A stretch of 64,000 nt of DNA from an uncultured Thermoplasmatales archaeon (GTDB lineage Archaea > Thermoplasmatota > E2 > DHVEG-1). Positions 19,928-30,438 of the stretch are shown here, piece after piece. Under the pieces are notes generated by a model that had not been told where the DNA came from, searched no databases, and saw only the letters and a list, made by a program, of their open reading frames with translations. The DNA lies in the NCBI GenBank assembly GCA_964612945.1, contig CAZTFR010000002.1, positions 7,497-71,496 of the forward strand. The letters are read 5' to 3'. The translations under genes were made by a program, and so were the position numbers. Numbering within the stretch: position 1 is the stretch's first letter; the number at the start of each line of letters is the position of its first letter.

Positions 19928-21120
19928 TGGGTATGCCTTCGGTGTGTTGTTATTTTGAGGTTCATCAACCGATGAGATTGAACCGTTTTTCGGTGTTTAA
20001 CATTGGAAAAAAGGATGATGCATTTACTACCTATTTTGATCATAGTTTAAATGAGGAGATTTTTCATAAGGTTGCCACCAAGTGTTATCTTCCTACCAAT
20101 CGGCTTTTACTTGATTTAATCAAAGAAACCCGGGGTGCATTTCGTCTCTCGTTTAGCCTTACCGGGACCTTTGTGGAGTATTGTGAGCGGTTTATGCCTG
20201 AGGTTTTAGACTCTTTTAAGGAGTTGTTTCGCACGGGTGCGGTGGATTTTATTGAGGAAACCTATTATCATTCCTTGTCATCGTTGTACGAACAGCTTGA
20301 TGAATTCGAGGATCAAGTTCGGCTGCACGGTCAGCTGATGAAGGAGCTTTTTAATTATCAACCACGAGTATTTCGAAATACTGAGGCAATTTATGATAAT
20401 CGTATCGCACAGAAAGTGGCAGATCTTGGCTATGAAGGAATTATTACGGAGGGATCCACCAAGATTTTGGATTGGCGATCTCCAAATTATTTGTATAAAC
20501 CAGTGAATGCTGATATTAAGGTATTGATGCGTAATTATAATCTCAGTGATGATGTAGGGTTTCGTTTTTCATCCTGCAACTGGCCGGGATTTCCTTTAAC
20601 TGCTGAAAAGTATGCTTCATGGATGGCACAGAGCACCGGTGATATCATCAATATTTTCATTGATTATGAGACCTTTGGGGAGCATCAATGGACAGAAACC
20701 GGTATCTTTGATTTTCTAAAACGCTTTCCCCATGAAGTACTCAACTATGAACATCTTGATTTTGTTACCGTAAGTGAAGCAGTGGATCGCTTTCAGCCTC
20801 GAGGCGAAATTGATGTGCCCACCGCGATTTCTTGGGCAGATGAAGACCGGGATGTTTCCACCTGGCTTGGAAATGACATGCAGATTGCCTGTTTCAACGA
20901 ACTCAAAGACATCGGACAAAAAATCCGGCAGCAACACCAACCAGAACTTACAAAAATCTGGCGACTCCTGCAGACCTCTGATCATCTCTACTATGTGTCC
21001 ACTAAAGGCTTTGAGGATGGAACCGTGCATGCCTACTTCAGTCCATACGAGGTCCCTTATGAAGGATTTATCAACTACATGAATATTCTTCAGGATCTCA
21101 AACAACGAATATTTTCATAA
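19927..21120 (+). CDS. Glycoside hydrolase family 57 protein (alpha-glucan active)
   Basis: 397 aa with GH57-like N-terminal catalytic region; overlaps the preceding stop. Confidence 0.55.
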   Translation: MGMPSVCCYFEVHQPMRLNRFSVFNIGKKDDAFTTYFDHSLNEEIFHKVATKCYLPTNRLLLDLIKETRGAFRLSFSLTGTFVEYCERFMPEVLDSFKELFRTGAVDFIEETYYHSLSSLYEQLDEFEDQVRLHGQLMKELFNYQPRVFRNTEAIYDNRIAQKVADLGYEGIITEGSTKILDWRSPNYLYKPVNADIKVLMRNYNLSDDVGFRFSSCNWPGFPLTAEKYASWMAQSTGDIINIFIDYETFGEHQWTETGIFDFLKRFPHEVLNYEHLDFVTVSEAVDRFQPRGEIDVPTAISWADEDRDVSTWLGNDMQIACFNELKDIGQKIRQQHQPELTKIWRLLQTSDHLYYVSTKGFEDGTVHAYFSPYEVPYEGFINYMNILQDLKQRIFS

Positions 21121-21163
21121 ACATAGACTGCATACCCTTTGTTTTGAGGAGAGAGCACACACA

Positions 21164-22441
21164 ATGAAAATTGCACATTTCTCATGGGAATACCCTCCAG
21201 TTTTATATGGCGGTCTGGGAACCTTTGCCATGGAGATGACCCAAAAGCAGGCAGAGCTGGGTCATCACGTCACGGTATTATCCCTAAACGAGGCAAACAA
21301 ATACCCTGTCGAAGAATCCAAACACAATATCAACATCTATCGCCCTCGCATGGTCAACTACAAGGATGTGCTGTCGCTGTGTGTCTCTGAAAATCTACGC
21401 CGCTGGGGTGAACATTTTCAATTCTTCTCCGATGTACTCAGCTATAATTTTCTTGCCGCCGATACCTTTGTCAGCACCTTACTGCAGAAAAAAAGGCAAA
21501 CCTTTGATCTTATTGATGCCCATGACTGGCTCGGCGTCCTCGCAGGAATTGTGGCCAAAAAAGAAACACAGCTTCCTCTCGTCTTTCATATTCATTCCAC
21601 CGAGACCGGACGATCCCTTGGCGGTGGATCTGCAACCATCAAAGACATCGAACAAAAAGGTGGAGAAACCGCCGATTGCATCATCACCGTATCCCATGCC
21701 ATGAAAGAGGAGCTCATTGAGCTCGGATTTCCAAAAGAAAAAATCCAGGTCTGTTGGAACGCAGTCGATCCAGAAAAATACAAACCGGAAACCATCACAC
21801 CTGAAGAAAAAGCACAGCTACGCAAACGCTACGGTGTCGCAGAGCATGAAACCGTCATCTTTTTTGTAGGAAGACTAGTCACCGTCAAAGGCGTAGACAA
21901 ACTCGTCGAGGCTATGCCGGAGATACTCGCAGAATACCCTGAGACGAAACTGGTGATTCTTGGCATCGGTGACATGGAACAAGACCTTCGCATGCATGCA
22001 GCATCAGCAGGGATAGAGGATCATATCATCTTCCGATCTGAATTTGTCTCCGAACACGAACGCATCAGACATTTCGCCTTTGCCGACGTGGTCGTACTCC
22101 CCTCCCTATATGAGCCCTTCGGCATCGTCTGCACCGAAGCGATGGCCATGGCAAAACCCGTCGTCGTCGGCGCACGAGGAACCAACGGCATGCGCGAACA
22201 AATCATCCCCTCAGGAAAAAACCAATGCGGCATACATATCAACCCCTATGATCCCTCGGATATCGCCTGGGGAATCAACCAAATCCTTGCCATTCCTGAC
22301 AAAGGCAAACAGATGGGTCTAAACGCCCGTAAGCGCGTCCTGCAGGAGTTCACCTGGGATATCATCGCCAAAAAAACACTTTCTATCTACCAGCAAACAA
22401 TCAACAAAACAACCCCTATGGTAACCCAGAAGATATCATGA
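21164..22441 (+). CDS. GlgA-like glycosyltransferase (glycogen/alpha-glucan synthase family)
   Basis: MKIAHFSWEYPPVLYGGLGTF N-terminus, paralogous to 18821..19927; EX7E motif YEPFGIVCTEAMAMAKPVV. Confidence 0.6.
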   Translation: MKIAHFSWEYPPVLYGGLGTFAMEMTQKQAELGHHVTVLSLNEANKYPVEESKHNINIYRPRMVNYKDVLSLCVSENLRRWGEHFQFFSDVLSYNFLAADTFVSTLLQKKRQTFDLIDAHDWLGVLAGIVAKKETQLPLVFHIHSTETGRSLGGGSATIKDIEQKGGETADCIITVSHAMKEELIELGFPKEKIQVCWNAVDPEKYKPETITPEEKAQLRKRYGVAEHETVIFFVGRLVTVKGVDKLVEAMPEILAEYPETKLVILGIGDMEQDLRMHAASAGIEDHIIFRSEFVSEHERIRHFAFADVVVLPSLYEPFGIVCTEAMAMAKPVVVGARGTNGMREQIIPSGKNQCGIHINPYDPSDIAWGINQILAIPDKGKQMGLNARKRVLQEFTWDIIAKKTLSIYQQTINKTTPMVTQKIS

Positions 22442-24297
22442 AAGAATGGATTGTAACAAACGGACTCGGCAGCTACGCCTCTCTGACTACGGATCATAAA
22501 AACACCCGAAAATTCCACGGGCTTCTCATCGCAAGCCTGAGACCACCCACACAACGGTGGATGTTTCTCTCCAATCTGTTTGAAACTCTGGTCACAAAAG
22601 AAGCAACCGTTCAGCTTCAACAAACACCCAGTCAGTTCAGCTTTAACCACTTCCCTCGCATCACCTATACCTTGCCCTCATGCACGCTCACCAAAACCGT
22701 TGTCATGCCTCATGATCAGAACACCGTACTTCTCCGCTACGATATCAATACAGACAAACCTGTCACCCTTCTGCTAAAACCAGTGATAAACTCTCGGCAT
22801 TTTTATGATACTACAACACCTGAAGCATTCTCTGTTGATCAACACCACTACAAAAACGGCATCACACTCACCCCCAGCAACATCGATAAAAAACTCCATA
22901 TCACTCTACCTGATGCCACCTATCAACCACATGGTGTATGGATACAGACCTATTATCAAAAAGACCATTATCGAAAAGAAAGCTGTATTGACTTCAACTA
23001 TATCTCCGGAGAATTTCAGAAGCAGATCACCGGTTCTTGCTCCTTTGATCTTCTCTGCACGTTAGAAGATGAAGTTGCTTTACCTGATTCTCTTTTTATA
23101 AATGAACAACAACGAAAAAATACGCTTCTTACCCAGGCAGATCTGCCAAAAGAATGTTCGCCACTGGTTCTTTCATCGGATCGCTTTATTGTGCAAAAAA
23201 ACTCGGGGAAATCCATTATTGCTGGTTATCATTGGTTTGCTGACTGGGGCCGAGACACCCTGATTGCGCTCCCAGGTCTCGCTCTAGTTCCCAAACGTTT
23301 TGGGGATGCAAAACAGATTCTTCATCAGTTCAGCAGCTACAGAAAGCAGGGGCTCATTCCTAATGCCTTTATGGATCGAGATTCAGAACCCGTCTATAAC
23401 ACTGTTGATGCCTCACTATGGTTTATCGATAGAGTCTATCAATATATGAAATATACAAATGACATGGAGACATTGCAGAAGATTTGGCCGGCACTCGCTG
23501 AAATCATCCAGTATTACACGCATGGCACCCTCTATGATATTCATATGGATACTGATTATCTCATATCACATGAAAAAGGACTCACCTGGATGGATGTCAA
23601 ACTTGACGAGTACTACCCTACCCCCCGGGCATACAAAGCAGTAGAAATTCAGGCTCTCTGGTACAATGCACTGCAGATTATGAGCCAGTTTGCCCGCATT
23701 CTTGATAAAGAAGACATCTATCACGAACTTGCTGTACAAGTAAAAGATCACTTTGCCAAGGCCTACGATCAAAATTATGATGTTCTTGATTCGAAAGACT
23801 GCAGCATCCGACCGAATCAAATCTTTTTAGTCTCTCTTGATTTTTCAATGATTCCAGATAGCAGAAAGCAGCAGGTCGTATCAACGGTTCAAAACCATCT
23901 TCTTACGCCCTTTGGTCTTCGTTCACTTGCTCCATCTGATCCAAACTATAAAGGAACCTATCTTGGTCCGTATAACCGTGATGAAGCCTATCATAATGGG
24001 ACGGTGTGGGCCTGGCTTCTTGGACCCTTTGTGACTGCGTATGTGAAAATCCATAAACACACCGCCTCTGCACGAAATGATGCATATGAAGAGTTTCTCC
24101 AGCCGATGTTTCAGATTTTTGGTGATGAGTGGGATGGCAGCATTTATGAAATTTTTGATGGAAATCCGCCATTCATCCCCCGAGGGTGTATCTCTCAAGC
24201 GTGGAGTGTCGCAGAGATCTTACGCTGTTGGGTGGAAGATATTAAAAATATTCGGCCCGAATATGAGGACCTTTTTTTACATAAAATACGCGTTTAA
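22438..24297 (+). CDS. Amylo-alpha-1,6-glucosidase / archaeal-type glycogen debranching enzyme (GDE_C, six-hairpin glycosidase)
   Basis: 619 aa; GYHWFADWGRDT motif typical of the GDE_C family; 4-nt overlap with the upstream GT. Confidence 0.6.
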   Translation: MKEWIVTNGLGSYASLTTDHKNTRKFHGLLIASLRPPTQRWMFLSNLFETLVTKEATVQLQQTPSQFSFNHFPRITYTLPSCTLTKTVVMPHDQNTVLLRYDINTDKPVTLLLKPVINSRHFYDTTTPEAFSVDQHHYKNGITLTPSNIDKKLHITLPDATYQPHGVWIQTYYQKDHYRKESCIDFNYISGEFQKQITGSCSFDLLCTLEDEVALPDSLFINEQQRKNTLLTQADLPKECSPLVLSSDRFIVQKNSGKSIIAGYHWFADWGRDTLIALPGLALVPKRFGDAKQILHQFSSYRKQGLIPNAFMDRDSEPVYNTVDASLWFIDRVYQYMKYTNDMETLQKIWPALAEIIQYYTHGTLYDIHMDTDYLISHEKGLTWMDVKLDEYYPTPRAYKAVEIQALWYNALQIMSQFARILDKEDIYHELAVQVKDHFAKAYDQNYDVLDSKDCSIRPNQIFLVSLDFSMIPDSRKQQVVSTVQNHLLTPFGLRSLAPSDPNYKGTYLGPYNRDEAYHNGTVWAWLLGPFVTAYVKIHKHTASARNDAYEEFLQPMFQIFGDEWDGSIYEIFDGNPPFIPRGCISQAWSVAEILRCWVEDIKNIRPEYEDLFLHKIRV

Positions 24298-25992
24298 AAC
24301 GTATTGCTGTATCATGCGGTTGGTGTTAAAAAATGAGGCATTAATAGCGATGCAGCTGCGCATGGTGCGTATCCAGTTGTCTCGGTCGGTGTAGAATTTT
24401 GGTATGATCCAGTTTTCCAGTTTGTTGTAGAGATCATTCCGATCGATTTCATCATCTGATGCTTCTTCTTGGGTTTTTTCAGGGCCGATGGACCAACCGG
24501 TGATGTTTTCGATGCAGCCTTCAAGCCACCAGCCGTCCAGGGTGCTGAACTGGGGAACACCGTTGTGTGCGGCTTTCATGCCTGATGTTCCTGATGCTTC
24601 ATAGGGACGTCGGGGTGTGTTGAGCCAGAGGTCGACGCCTGAGGTCATAAGTTTTGCAATGGTGATATCGTAGTTGTGGATGTAGGCGATTTTTACGTTG
24701 CCCTTGATGGTTTTCATGGTTTCAAAGATTTTTTTGATGGTTTGTTTTCCTGAGGTATCCTTTGGGTGTGCTTTTCCTGCGTAGATGATTTGTATGGACC
24801 CGACTCGTTCTGCGATTTCTGAGATGCGGTTGGGATCTGAAATTAAAAGATCAGGTCGTTTGTAGGCGGTTTGTCTCCGTGCAAATCCGATAGTGAAATG
24901 ATCGTAGTTCATGCCGACGTTGTAGCGGCTGTTGACAAAGTCAATAAGGTTTTTTTTGGCTTCCATGTGTGCATTCCAGACTTCTTCTTTGTCCATGCTG
25001 AATGCAGATCGGAGGATGTAGGGGTCTGATCGCCAGCCGGGCATATGTTTGTCGAAGAGTCGTTGGAAGGGGTCTGATACCCAGGTGGTGGTGTGGACGC
25101 CGTTGGTGATGGAGTCGATGGAGTAACCGGGGAACATGAGTCGTGAGACTTCGCCGTGTTTTTTTGCAACGCCGTTGACGTAGTGGCTGAAGAAGAGGGC
25201 AAGTCGGGTCATGTTGAGTTTGTTTTCGAAGGTGATTTCATGGATGAGTGATTCGGGGAGGAGTTCGGCGATCATAGGTTTTGCAAAGGAGAGATCAAAT
25301 TGGTCGTGTCCGGCGGCGACAGGTGTGTGAGTGGTGAAGACGCAGCGTTGTCGTACTTGTTCGATGTCTTGGAGTTGTCGGTAGAGTTCGAGTGTCCCAA
25401 GGGCGGCGTGTCCTTCGTTCATGTGGTATTTGTCGATGGTTTCGTAGCCGAGTGCCTGGATTGCGCGTACACCGCCGACGCCGAGGATTATTTCTTGGCT
25501 GAGCCGGTATTTTTGTTCTCCTCCGTAGAGGTGTTTGGTGATTTCTCGGTCTTGTTCGCTATTTTCTTCAAGGTTGGTATCAAGAAAGAAGACGGGAACG
25601 ATGTAGTTGTTGATACCTGTGATGAGGTAGTACCAGATTTGGATGGCAACAGTTCGTCCTTCAATGGTCACATTTGTTTTGGTGGGAAGTAGGGTGAGAA
25701 AGTCGTTGATATTGAAGTTGATGGGTACTTCGATTTGGTTGCCGTCGTTGTCAATTTTTTGGTAGAAGTAGCCTTGTTCGGAGAGCAGGGTCATGCCGAC
25801 GATAGGAATGTTGAGATCGGCACAGGATTTAAGGATGTCTCCGGCAAGAACTCCGAGGCCGCCGCTATAGGTGGGAATGCGTTTGTCAAGGCCGATTTCC
25901 ATGGAGAAATAGGCGATTTTTGGGTGAACGTCCAATGGGGTTTCTTGTACTTGTACGCTTTCTTCTGTTTCTTCAACGGTTTCTGTTTCCAT
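24277..25992 (-). CDS. Alpha-glucan (glycogen/maltodextrin) phosphorylase, short GT35 type
   Basis: 571 aa; PLP-lysine region EASGTSGMKAAHNGV; convergent with the debranching enzyme gene. Confidence 0.7.
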   Translation of the reverse strand: METETVEETEESVQVQETPLDVHPKIAYFSMEIGLDKRIPTYSGGLGVLAGDILKSCADLNIPIVGMTLLSEQGYFYQKIDNDGNQIEVPINFNINDFLTLLPTKTNVTIEGRTVAIQIWYYLITGINNYIVPVFFLDTNLEENSEQDREITKHLYGGEQKYRLSQEIILGVGGVRAIQALGYETIDKYHMNEGHAALGTLELYRQLQDIEQVRQRCVFTTHTPVAAGHDQFDLSFAKPMIAELLPESLIHEITFENKLNMTRLALFFSHYVNGVAKKHGEVSRLMFPGYSIDSITNGVHTTTWVSDPFQRLFDKHMPGWRSDPYILRSAFSMDKEEVWNAHMEAKKNLIDFVNSRYNVGMNYDHFTIGFARRQTAYKRPDLLISDPNRISEIAERVGSIQIIYAGKAHPKDTSGKQTIKKIFETMKTIKGNVKIAYIHNYDITIAKLMTSGVDLWLNTPRRPYEASGTSGMKAAHNGVPQFSTLDGWWLEGCIENITGWSIGPEKTQEEASDDEIDRNDLYNKLENWIIPKFYTDRDNWIRTMRSCIAINASFFNTNRMIQQYVLNAYFM

Positions 25993-26064
25993 AGCTCTCC
26001 TTCCACTACGTCAAGTAATAAGATATTGTTATTAAAAGATTGTAGGTTTGATTCTTTTTTTTTA

Positions 26065-26373
26065 TTAGGAAAACATGGGTCCATCATAGTCTTCTTGGAT
26101 GGGCTTTTTCTTACTTGTTTTGTGTTTTATGAATTTTTTTTGGCGTTTTTTCCCGACAAATCTGATGTCGGATCGTTTCAGTCGGATGTAGATGGTGTCG
26201 GGGAGAGGCTCGAGTTGGACGACTCCGTTGACTTGAAGTTTTTGGAGCACTCGCATGATTGTATCTCTGGAGAGATGAAGGTTTTTTTCAAGATTTGAGA
26301 CGGTAACCGGGTAGGTTTTTTGCATTATTTTGATGATTTGTTCCTCAAGTGTTCCGGTGACAATTTCTATCAT
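26065..26373 (-). CDS. Small winged-helix DNA-binding protein
   Basis: The track ORF 26065..26556 overlaps the purF 3' end in another frame. Trimmed to the internal Met: MIEIVTGTLEEQIIKIMQKTYPVTVSNLEKNLHLSRDTIMRVLQKLQVNGVV... Confidence 0.4.
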   Translation of the reverse strand: MIEIVTGTLEEQIIKIMQKTYPVTVSNLEKNLHLSRDTIMRVLQKLQVNGVVQLEPLPDTIYIRLKRSDIRFVGKKRQKKFIKHKTSKKKPIQEDYDGPMFS

Positions 26374-26398
26374 ATACCAAAACTCGGTTTCTATTTTT

Positions 26399-27829
26399 TT
26401 AGCATTCGTAGGCACGTTGTCCGCGTCGTTGTTTTTCGTAGAATGTGATGACGTCCTGATGCATTTCTTCGGGGTAGCCGGTGGGGAATTGGATGCATCC
26501 TTTGCAGATATCAAAGCCGATGGCCTTTCGGAGTCCCTCGATACTAAGATACGCAAGGGAGTCTGCGCCGATTTCTTTTGCGATATTGTCCCATTTTCTG
26601 ATGTTTCCTTTTGTGTCGCGGGCGATGAATTCTTTTTTGCTTCTCATGTCAATGCCGAGGTAGCAGGGTGCGATGAGGGGTGGACAGCCGATGCGGACGT
26701 GTACTTCTTTTGCACCAGCATCTCGTACTCCTTTGACGAGTTTTCTAATGTTGGTTCCGCGGACGATAGAGTCATCGATAAGAATGACGCGTTTCCCGCC
26801 AAGGACCGACCGGAGAAAGGACAGTCCTTCTTCTACCACTTTATCGCGTTCCTCTTGTGTTTGATGGATAAAGGATCGTTCGTCTTTGTCTTTCATGAGT
26901 CCTTCTTCTTCGGGTATGCCTGATTCTCGTGCGTAGCCGGTGGCGTAGCGTCGCCCTGATTCGGGGACGGGAACGACGATGTCTGCGTCAACGGGGTGTT
27001 CGGCGGCAAGGATACGTCCGATGTCGACGCGGGTGTTGTGTATGGATCGTCCTTTGATGCGGGAGTCGGGTTTTGCGAAGTAGACGTATTCAAACATGCA
27101 GGGTCGTTCTGGTTTTTTGATGAGTTGTTTTTCGAAGATGTTTCCTTCTTGGTCGATGGTGATGACGGATCCACCGGGAATGTCTTTTATGTAGTCGAAG
27201 TTGATTTTTTTAAACACGCGTGTTTCAGAAGTAAGACAGTACATGCCGTCTGATTTTCCAAGAACGAGTGGTCGTATTCTGTAGGGGTCGGTCATGGCAA
27301 ACAGGTAGGGGTGTTCTCCGGAGTCGGTGAGAAAGAGTGCGGAGTAGCTTCCTTTGAGTTTGTGCATGACGACGTCTGCGGCGTTGAGGATGGTGGATTC
27401 GTTGATTTCTTTTTTGTAGAGTTGATCGGCAAGAAGCAGTAGAGGCCATTGGATGTCGCAGCTGGTGCGCGGGGTGCGTTTTGTTTTTTGTGACAGTTCT
27501 TGGCAGTTGTAGATGTTACCGTTGTGTACTCCTGCGAGAAAGGGGTTGACGAGGTATTCAGGTTGGGCGTTTTTTTTCAGTGATTTTTGATCGTCCATCC
27601 CTGCGGTGGAGTAGCGGGTGTGCCCGAGGCCTGCGTTTCCAGGTGTTTCGATGCGATCTCCGCTGTCGAAGACGTCTCGGACGAGGCCGATGTCTTTAGT
27701 GACGTGTATGTTCCCATCGTAGGTGAGTTTTCCAGCAGATGATTGACCACGGTGCTGGATGGAAAAGAGGCTGTGGAAAATAAGACGTGAGACGGGTTGC
27801 CCACCGATAATGCCGACGATACCGCACAT
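26399..27829 (-). CDS. purF: Amidophosphoribosyltransferase
   Basis: 476 aa, MCGIVGIIG Ntn-cysteine start plus PRTase domain. Confidence 0.85.
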   Translation of the reverse strand: MCGIVGIIGGQPVSRLIFHSLFSIQHRGQSSAGKLTYDGNIHVTKDIGLVRDVFDSGDRIETPGNAGLGHTRYSTAGMDDQKSLKKNAQPEYLVNPFLAGVHNGNIYNCQELSQKTKRTPRTSCDIQWPLLLLADQLYKKEINESTILNAADVVMHKLKGSYSALFLTDSGEHPYLFAMTDPYRIRPLVLGKSDGMYCLTSETRVFKKINFDYIKDIPGGSVITIDQEGNIFEKQLIKKPERPCMFEYVYFAKPDSRIKGRSIHNTRVDIGRILAAEHPVDADIVVPVPESGRRYATGYARESGIPEEEGLMKDKDERSFIHQTQEERDKVVEEGLSFLRSVLGGKRVILIDDSIVRGTNIRKLVKGVRDAGAKEVHVRIGCPPLIAPCYLGIDMRSKKEFIARDTKGNIRKWDNIAKEIGADSLAYLSIEGLRKAIGFDICKGCIQFPTGYPEEMHQDVITFYEKQRRGQRAYEC

Positions 27830-27894
27830 GGTTGGGCTGCTTAATAGATGATTTATTATTTATAGGTTTGGAGAAGAAAAGTTCTGGTGTTTTC

Positions 27895-29103
27895 TTAGAG
27901 ATATTTTCGTACAGTAAGTGATGCGATATTGAAGTTTCCTGCGGTATCATAGGCGACGACATAGAGTGTTTTTTTATGGTTGGTTAGGATGGGTTGATTC
28001 CAAAGCCAGGTGTAAGGTTCGCTGTAGTCGGACCATTGCAGATTTGGGTTTCCTTCGATGTAGAAATCTACTTTTTCTATAGATGATTGAGTGTCGGTTG
28101 CGGTGGCTTGGATGGTAATTCTTCCAACGATAAGGGTGTGTTGTCTGATGACGAAGGGAAGGATGCGTCTGTCTCTGAGGTAGATGCCGTTTTGTGGTGA
28201 GGTGATGAGCAGGTAGGGTGGAGTGGTGTCTTGTGTTTCATGGGGGCTCATGAGCGGGTATTCATCTTGGTTTATACCGCCGGGGATGTCATAGGGTATG
28301 TCGCCGATGCCGTTGCCATCGGCGTCCAGGCCGGTGTAGTCGTCCCAATAGTTGCCTCTGTTGCGTATGGGATGATCCCAGAGGTTGTGTGCATTGTCAT
28401 AGGCATGGTGTCGGTTGGTAAGAAAGTTGTTTGAGTGGATGTTGTTATGGGAGCAGTCGGTGAGGTGTATTGCGGTGTAGCCGTTGTTTTGTAGGGTGTT
28501 ATTTTTGATGGTGTTTTGGGTGCTGCATGCTTGGAGTTGTATGCCGTTCCAGGTGTTATTTGCAATTGTTGCGTAGGTTATCGTGGTTTGATGTGTGTTG
28601 TGAAATGTGATGCCGTGGTAGTTGTGGTGCATTGTGCAGTGGGTGATCGTGGTATTTGTAGTATGGAGAAGGATGCCGGTGTTAGAGGGATATTGTCCAC
28701 TGTTTTGTATAGTGAAGTTTGCTATGGTACAGTGTGGTGCGAGGACAGTTACAGGGTTATGTGAGTGGTTGGCATCAATGATGGTTGTTGAGGTATCTTC
28801 CCCTGTTATGGTGAGTGTTTTGGTGACGGTGATGTATTCGCGGTAGGTTCCCGAGAAGACGAATATAGCATCGTAGGGGGTGGCGTTGGTGATGGCGTCT
28901 TGGATGTATTGAAAGGGGTGATTGAGGCTTCCATCCCAGGGGCCGACTGTGTTGTCATCGTCAACATAGAGTATACAGCAGGCGGCGTTCTGATGAGAAG
29001 AGAGATGAGAGGGTGTTGCAGAAAGCGGTACGAGAATGCTGCTACCTGCCAAAAAGAGGATCACTGCGAACAGTGTATAAGGGGTATTTTTGAGTGTAAT
29101 CAT
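27895..29103 (-). CDS. Secreted right-handed parallel beta-helix (NosD/pectin-lyase-fold) protein with C-terminal Ig-like module
   Basis: Signal peptide; many N/T/H-rich beta-helix rungs (NNTLQNNGYTAIHLTDCSHNNIHSNNF). The C-terminus (PPYLLITSP...PYTWLWN...AYDTAGN) is shared with the M14 and M28 proteins. Confidence 0.55.
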   Translation of the reverse strand: MITLKNTPYTLFAVILFLAGSSILVPLSATPSHLSSHQNAACCILYVDDDNTVGPWDGSLNHPFQYIQDAITNATPYDAIFVFSGTYREYITVTKTLTITGEDTSTTIIDANHSHNPVTVLAPHCTIANFTIQNSGQYPSNTGILLHTTNTTITHCTMHHNYHGITFHNTHQTTITYATIANNTWNGIQLQACSTQNTIKNNTLQNNGYTAIHLTDCSHNNIHSNNFLTNRHHAYDNAHNLWDHPIRNRGNYWDDYTGLDADGNGIGDIPYDIPGGINQDEYPLMSPHETQDTTPPYLLITSPQNGIYLRDRRILPFVIRQHTLIVGRITIQATATDTQSSIEKVDFYIEGNPNLQWSDYSEPYTWLWNQPILTNHKKTLYVVAYDTAGNFNIASLTVRKYL

Positions 29104-29232
29104 GTGCTTGTTTCTCCTGTTAGTGTTTTTGGGGTGTGTTTCTAAAGGAGGGCAGGTAGTACATATTATGCCACCTATTTAAATATTACTTGGAAAATAT
29201 TAGTGAGAGAGTTTGGGTGCTTTTTTTTTGGG

Positions 29233-30342
29233 TTAGACAAAGTGTCCTTTTTTGTAGATGAGCTTGCCATCTGCGTAGACTTCTCCTTGTTTTCGAAGAT
29301 CAAGCATCATGTCCCAATGCAGGCTTGATTTGTTTATGCTTCCTGTTTCAGGGTAGCCGCTTCCAACGGCGAGATGAATGGTTCCTCCGATTTTTTCGTC
29401 AAAGAGGGTGTTGAGGGTATACTGTTTGACACCGTAGTTGGTTCCAAAGGCAAATTCACCAAGCCGTCGTGCCCCGGGGTCCATGTCAAGCATGGTTTTA
29501 AGGAATTGTTCTTCTTTGGATGCTTTTGCTTTGACCACTTTTCCTTTTGAAAACCAGAGTTGTACGTCATCGACTTCGCGTCCTCCATAGGAGATGGGAA
29601 ATGAGTAGTGTATGTGTCCTTCCGCAGAGGTTTCCACGGGTCCGGTGAAGATTTCACCGTCGGGGAAGTTTTCTTTTCCGTAGCAGTTGATCCATGTTCG
29701 GTTTTCCACGGACAGAGTGAGATCGGTGTCTTCGGCGATGATTTGGATCTTTTTCTTAGTCTCCAAGCGTTTTTTTATGGTTTCTTGTTCTTTTTGCACC
29801 TTTCTCCAGTGGGCTATGGGGTCTTTTTTATGGGTGTGTGCGGCCTTGTAGACAAAGTCTTCGTATTCAGACAGTGACATACGTGCGTCTTGAGCTGAAG
29901 CGTTAGTGGGATATTGGGTAACGCACCAGCGGAGTTCTTTTGTGGCTGCTCGTTTGAGAAAGAGATCATGGAGTTCTTTGTGTGCGACGCTGCTGATGGC
30001 TTGTTTTTTAGGATCAATGTTGGTCATGTTTTTTGTGTTTTCTGGGCTGATAATGGCCAGTCGTGCGTCTATATGCTTGAGTTCGTAAGTATCAATGGGG
30101 TTGACATATTTGAGTTGATGGTCAGCTGCGTTTTTATAAAAGAGTTCAGCAAGACCTGAAACGCCACTTTTGATGTAGGGATGTGCACCTATGTGAAGTG
30201 CCTCTCTGTAGACTTCTCGTATGAGGGGTGCTGCGAGATGGTTTCCAGAGATGACAAAGAGATCATTTTTTTTGAGTTGCAGGCTGTGATGGGTGAGAAT
30301 GTAGGCAAGTTTTTCCACTCGTTTGTCTTTCATAACAATCAA
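29233..30342 (-). CDS. Aminopeptidase, peptidase M29 (AmpS/PepS family)
   Basis: 369 aa; C-terminal ...HLAVGSGYPETGS...HWDMMLD motifs typical of M29. Confidence 0.65.
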   Translation of the reverse strand: MIVMKDKRVEKLAYILTHHSLQLKKNDLFVISGNHLAAPLIREVYREALHIGAHPYIKSGVSGLAELFYKNAADHQLKYVNPIDTYELKHIDARLAIISPENTKNMTNIDPKKQAISSVAHKELHDLFLKRAATKELRWCVTQYPTNASAQDARMSLSEYEDFVYKAAHTHKKDPIAHWRKVQKEQETIKKRLETKKKIQIIAEDTDLTLSVENRTWINCYGKENFPDGEIFTGPVETSAEGHIHYSFPISYGGREVDDVQLWFSKGKVVKAKASKEEQFLKTMLDMDPGARRLGEFAFGTNYGVKQYTLNTLFDEKIGGTIHLAVGSGYPETGSINKSSLHWDMMLDLRKQGEVYADGKLIYKKGHFV

Positions 30343-30438
30343 ACCTGATTATGACATAGTGGTGGTGATGAAATAGTTTTTTCTTTAATAAATAAAAAAA
30401 GCATCTTTTTTGTGCATTACTTATAGGGATTCGTCTGT

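Noticed and set aside
26374-26556. N-terminal 61 codons of track ORF 26065..26556 (-)
   Set aside because: This stretch overlaps the 3' end of purF in a different frame and is low-complexity Ser/Pro/Thr-rich. The gene was trimmed to the internal Met that begins the winged-helix fold.
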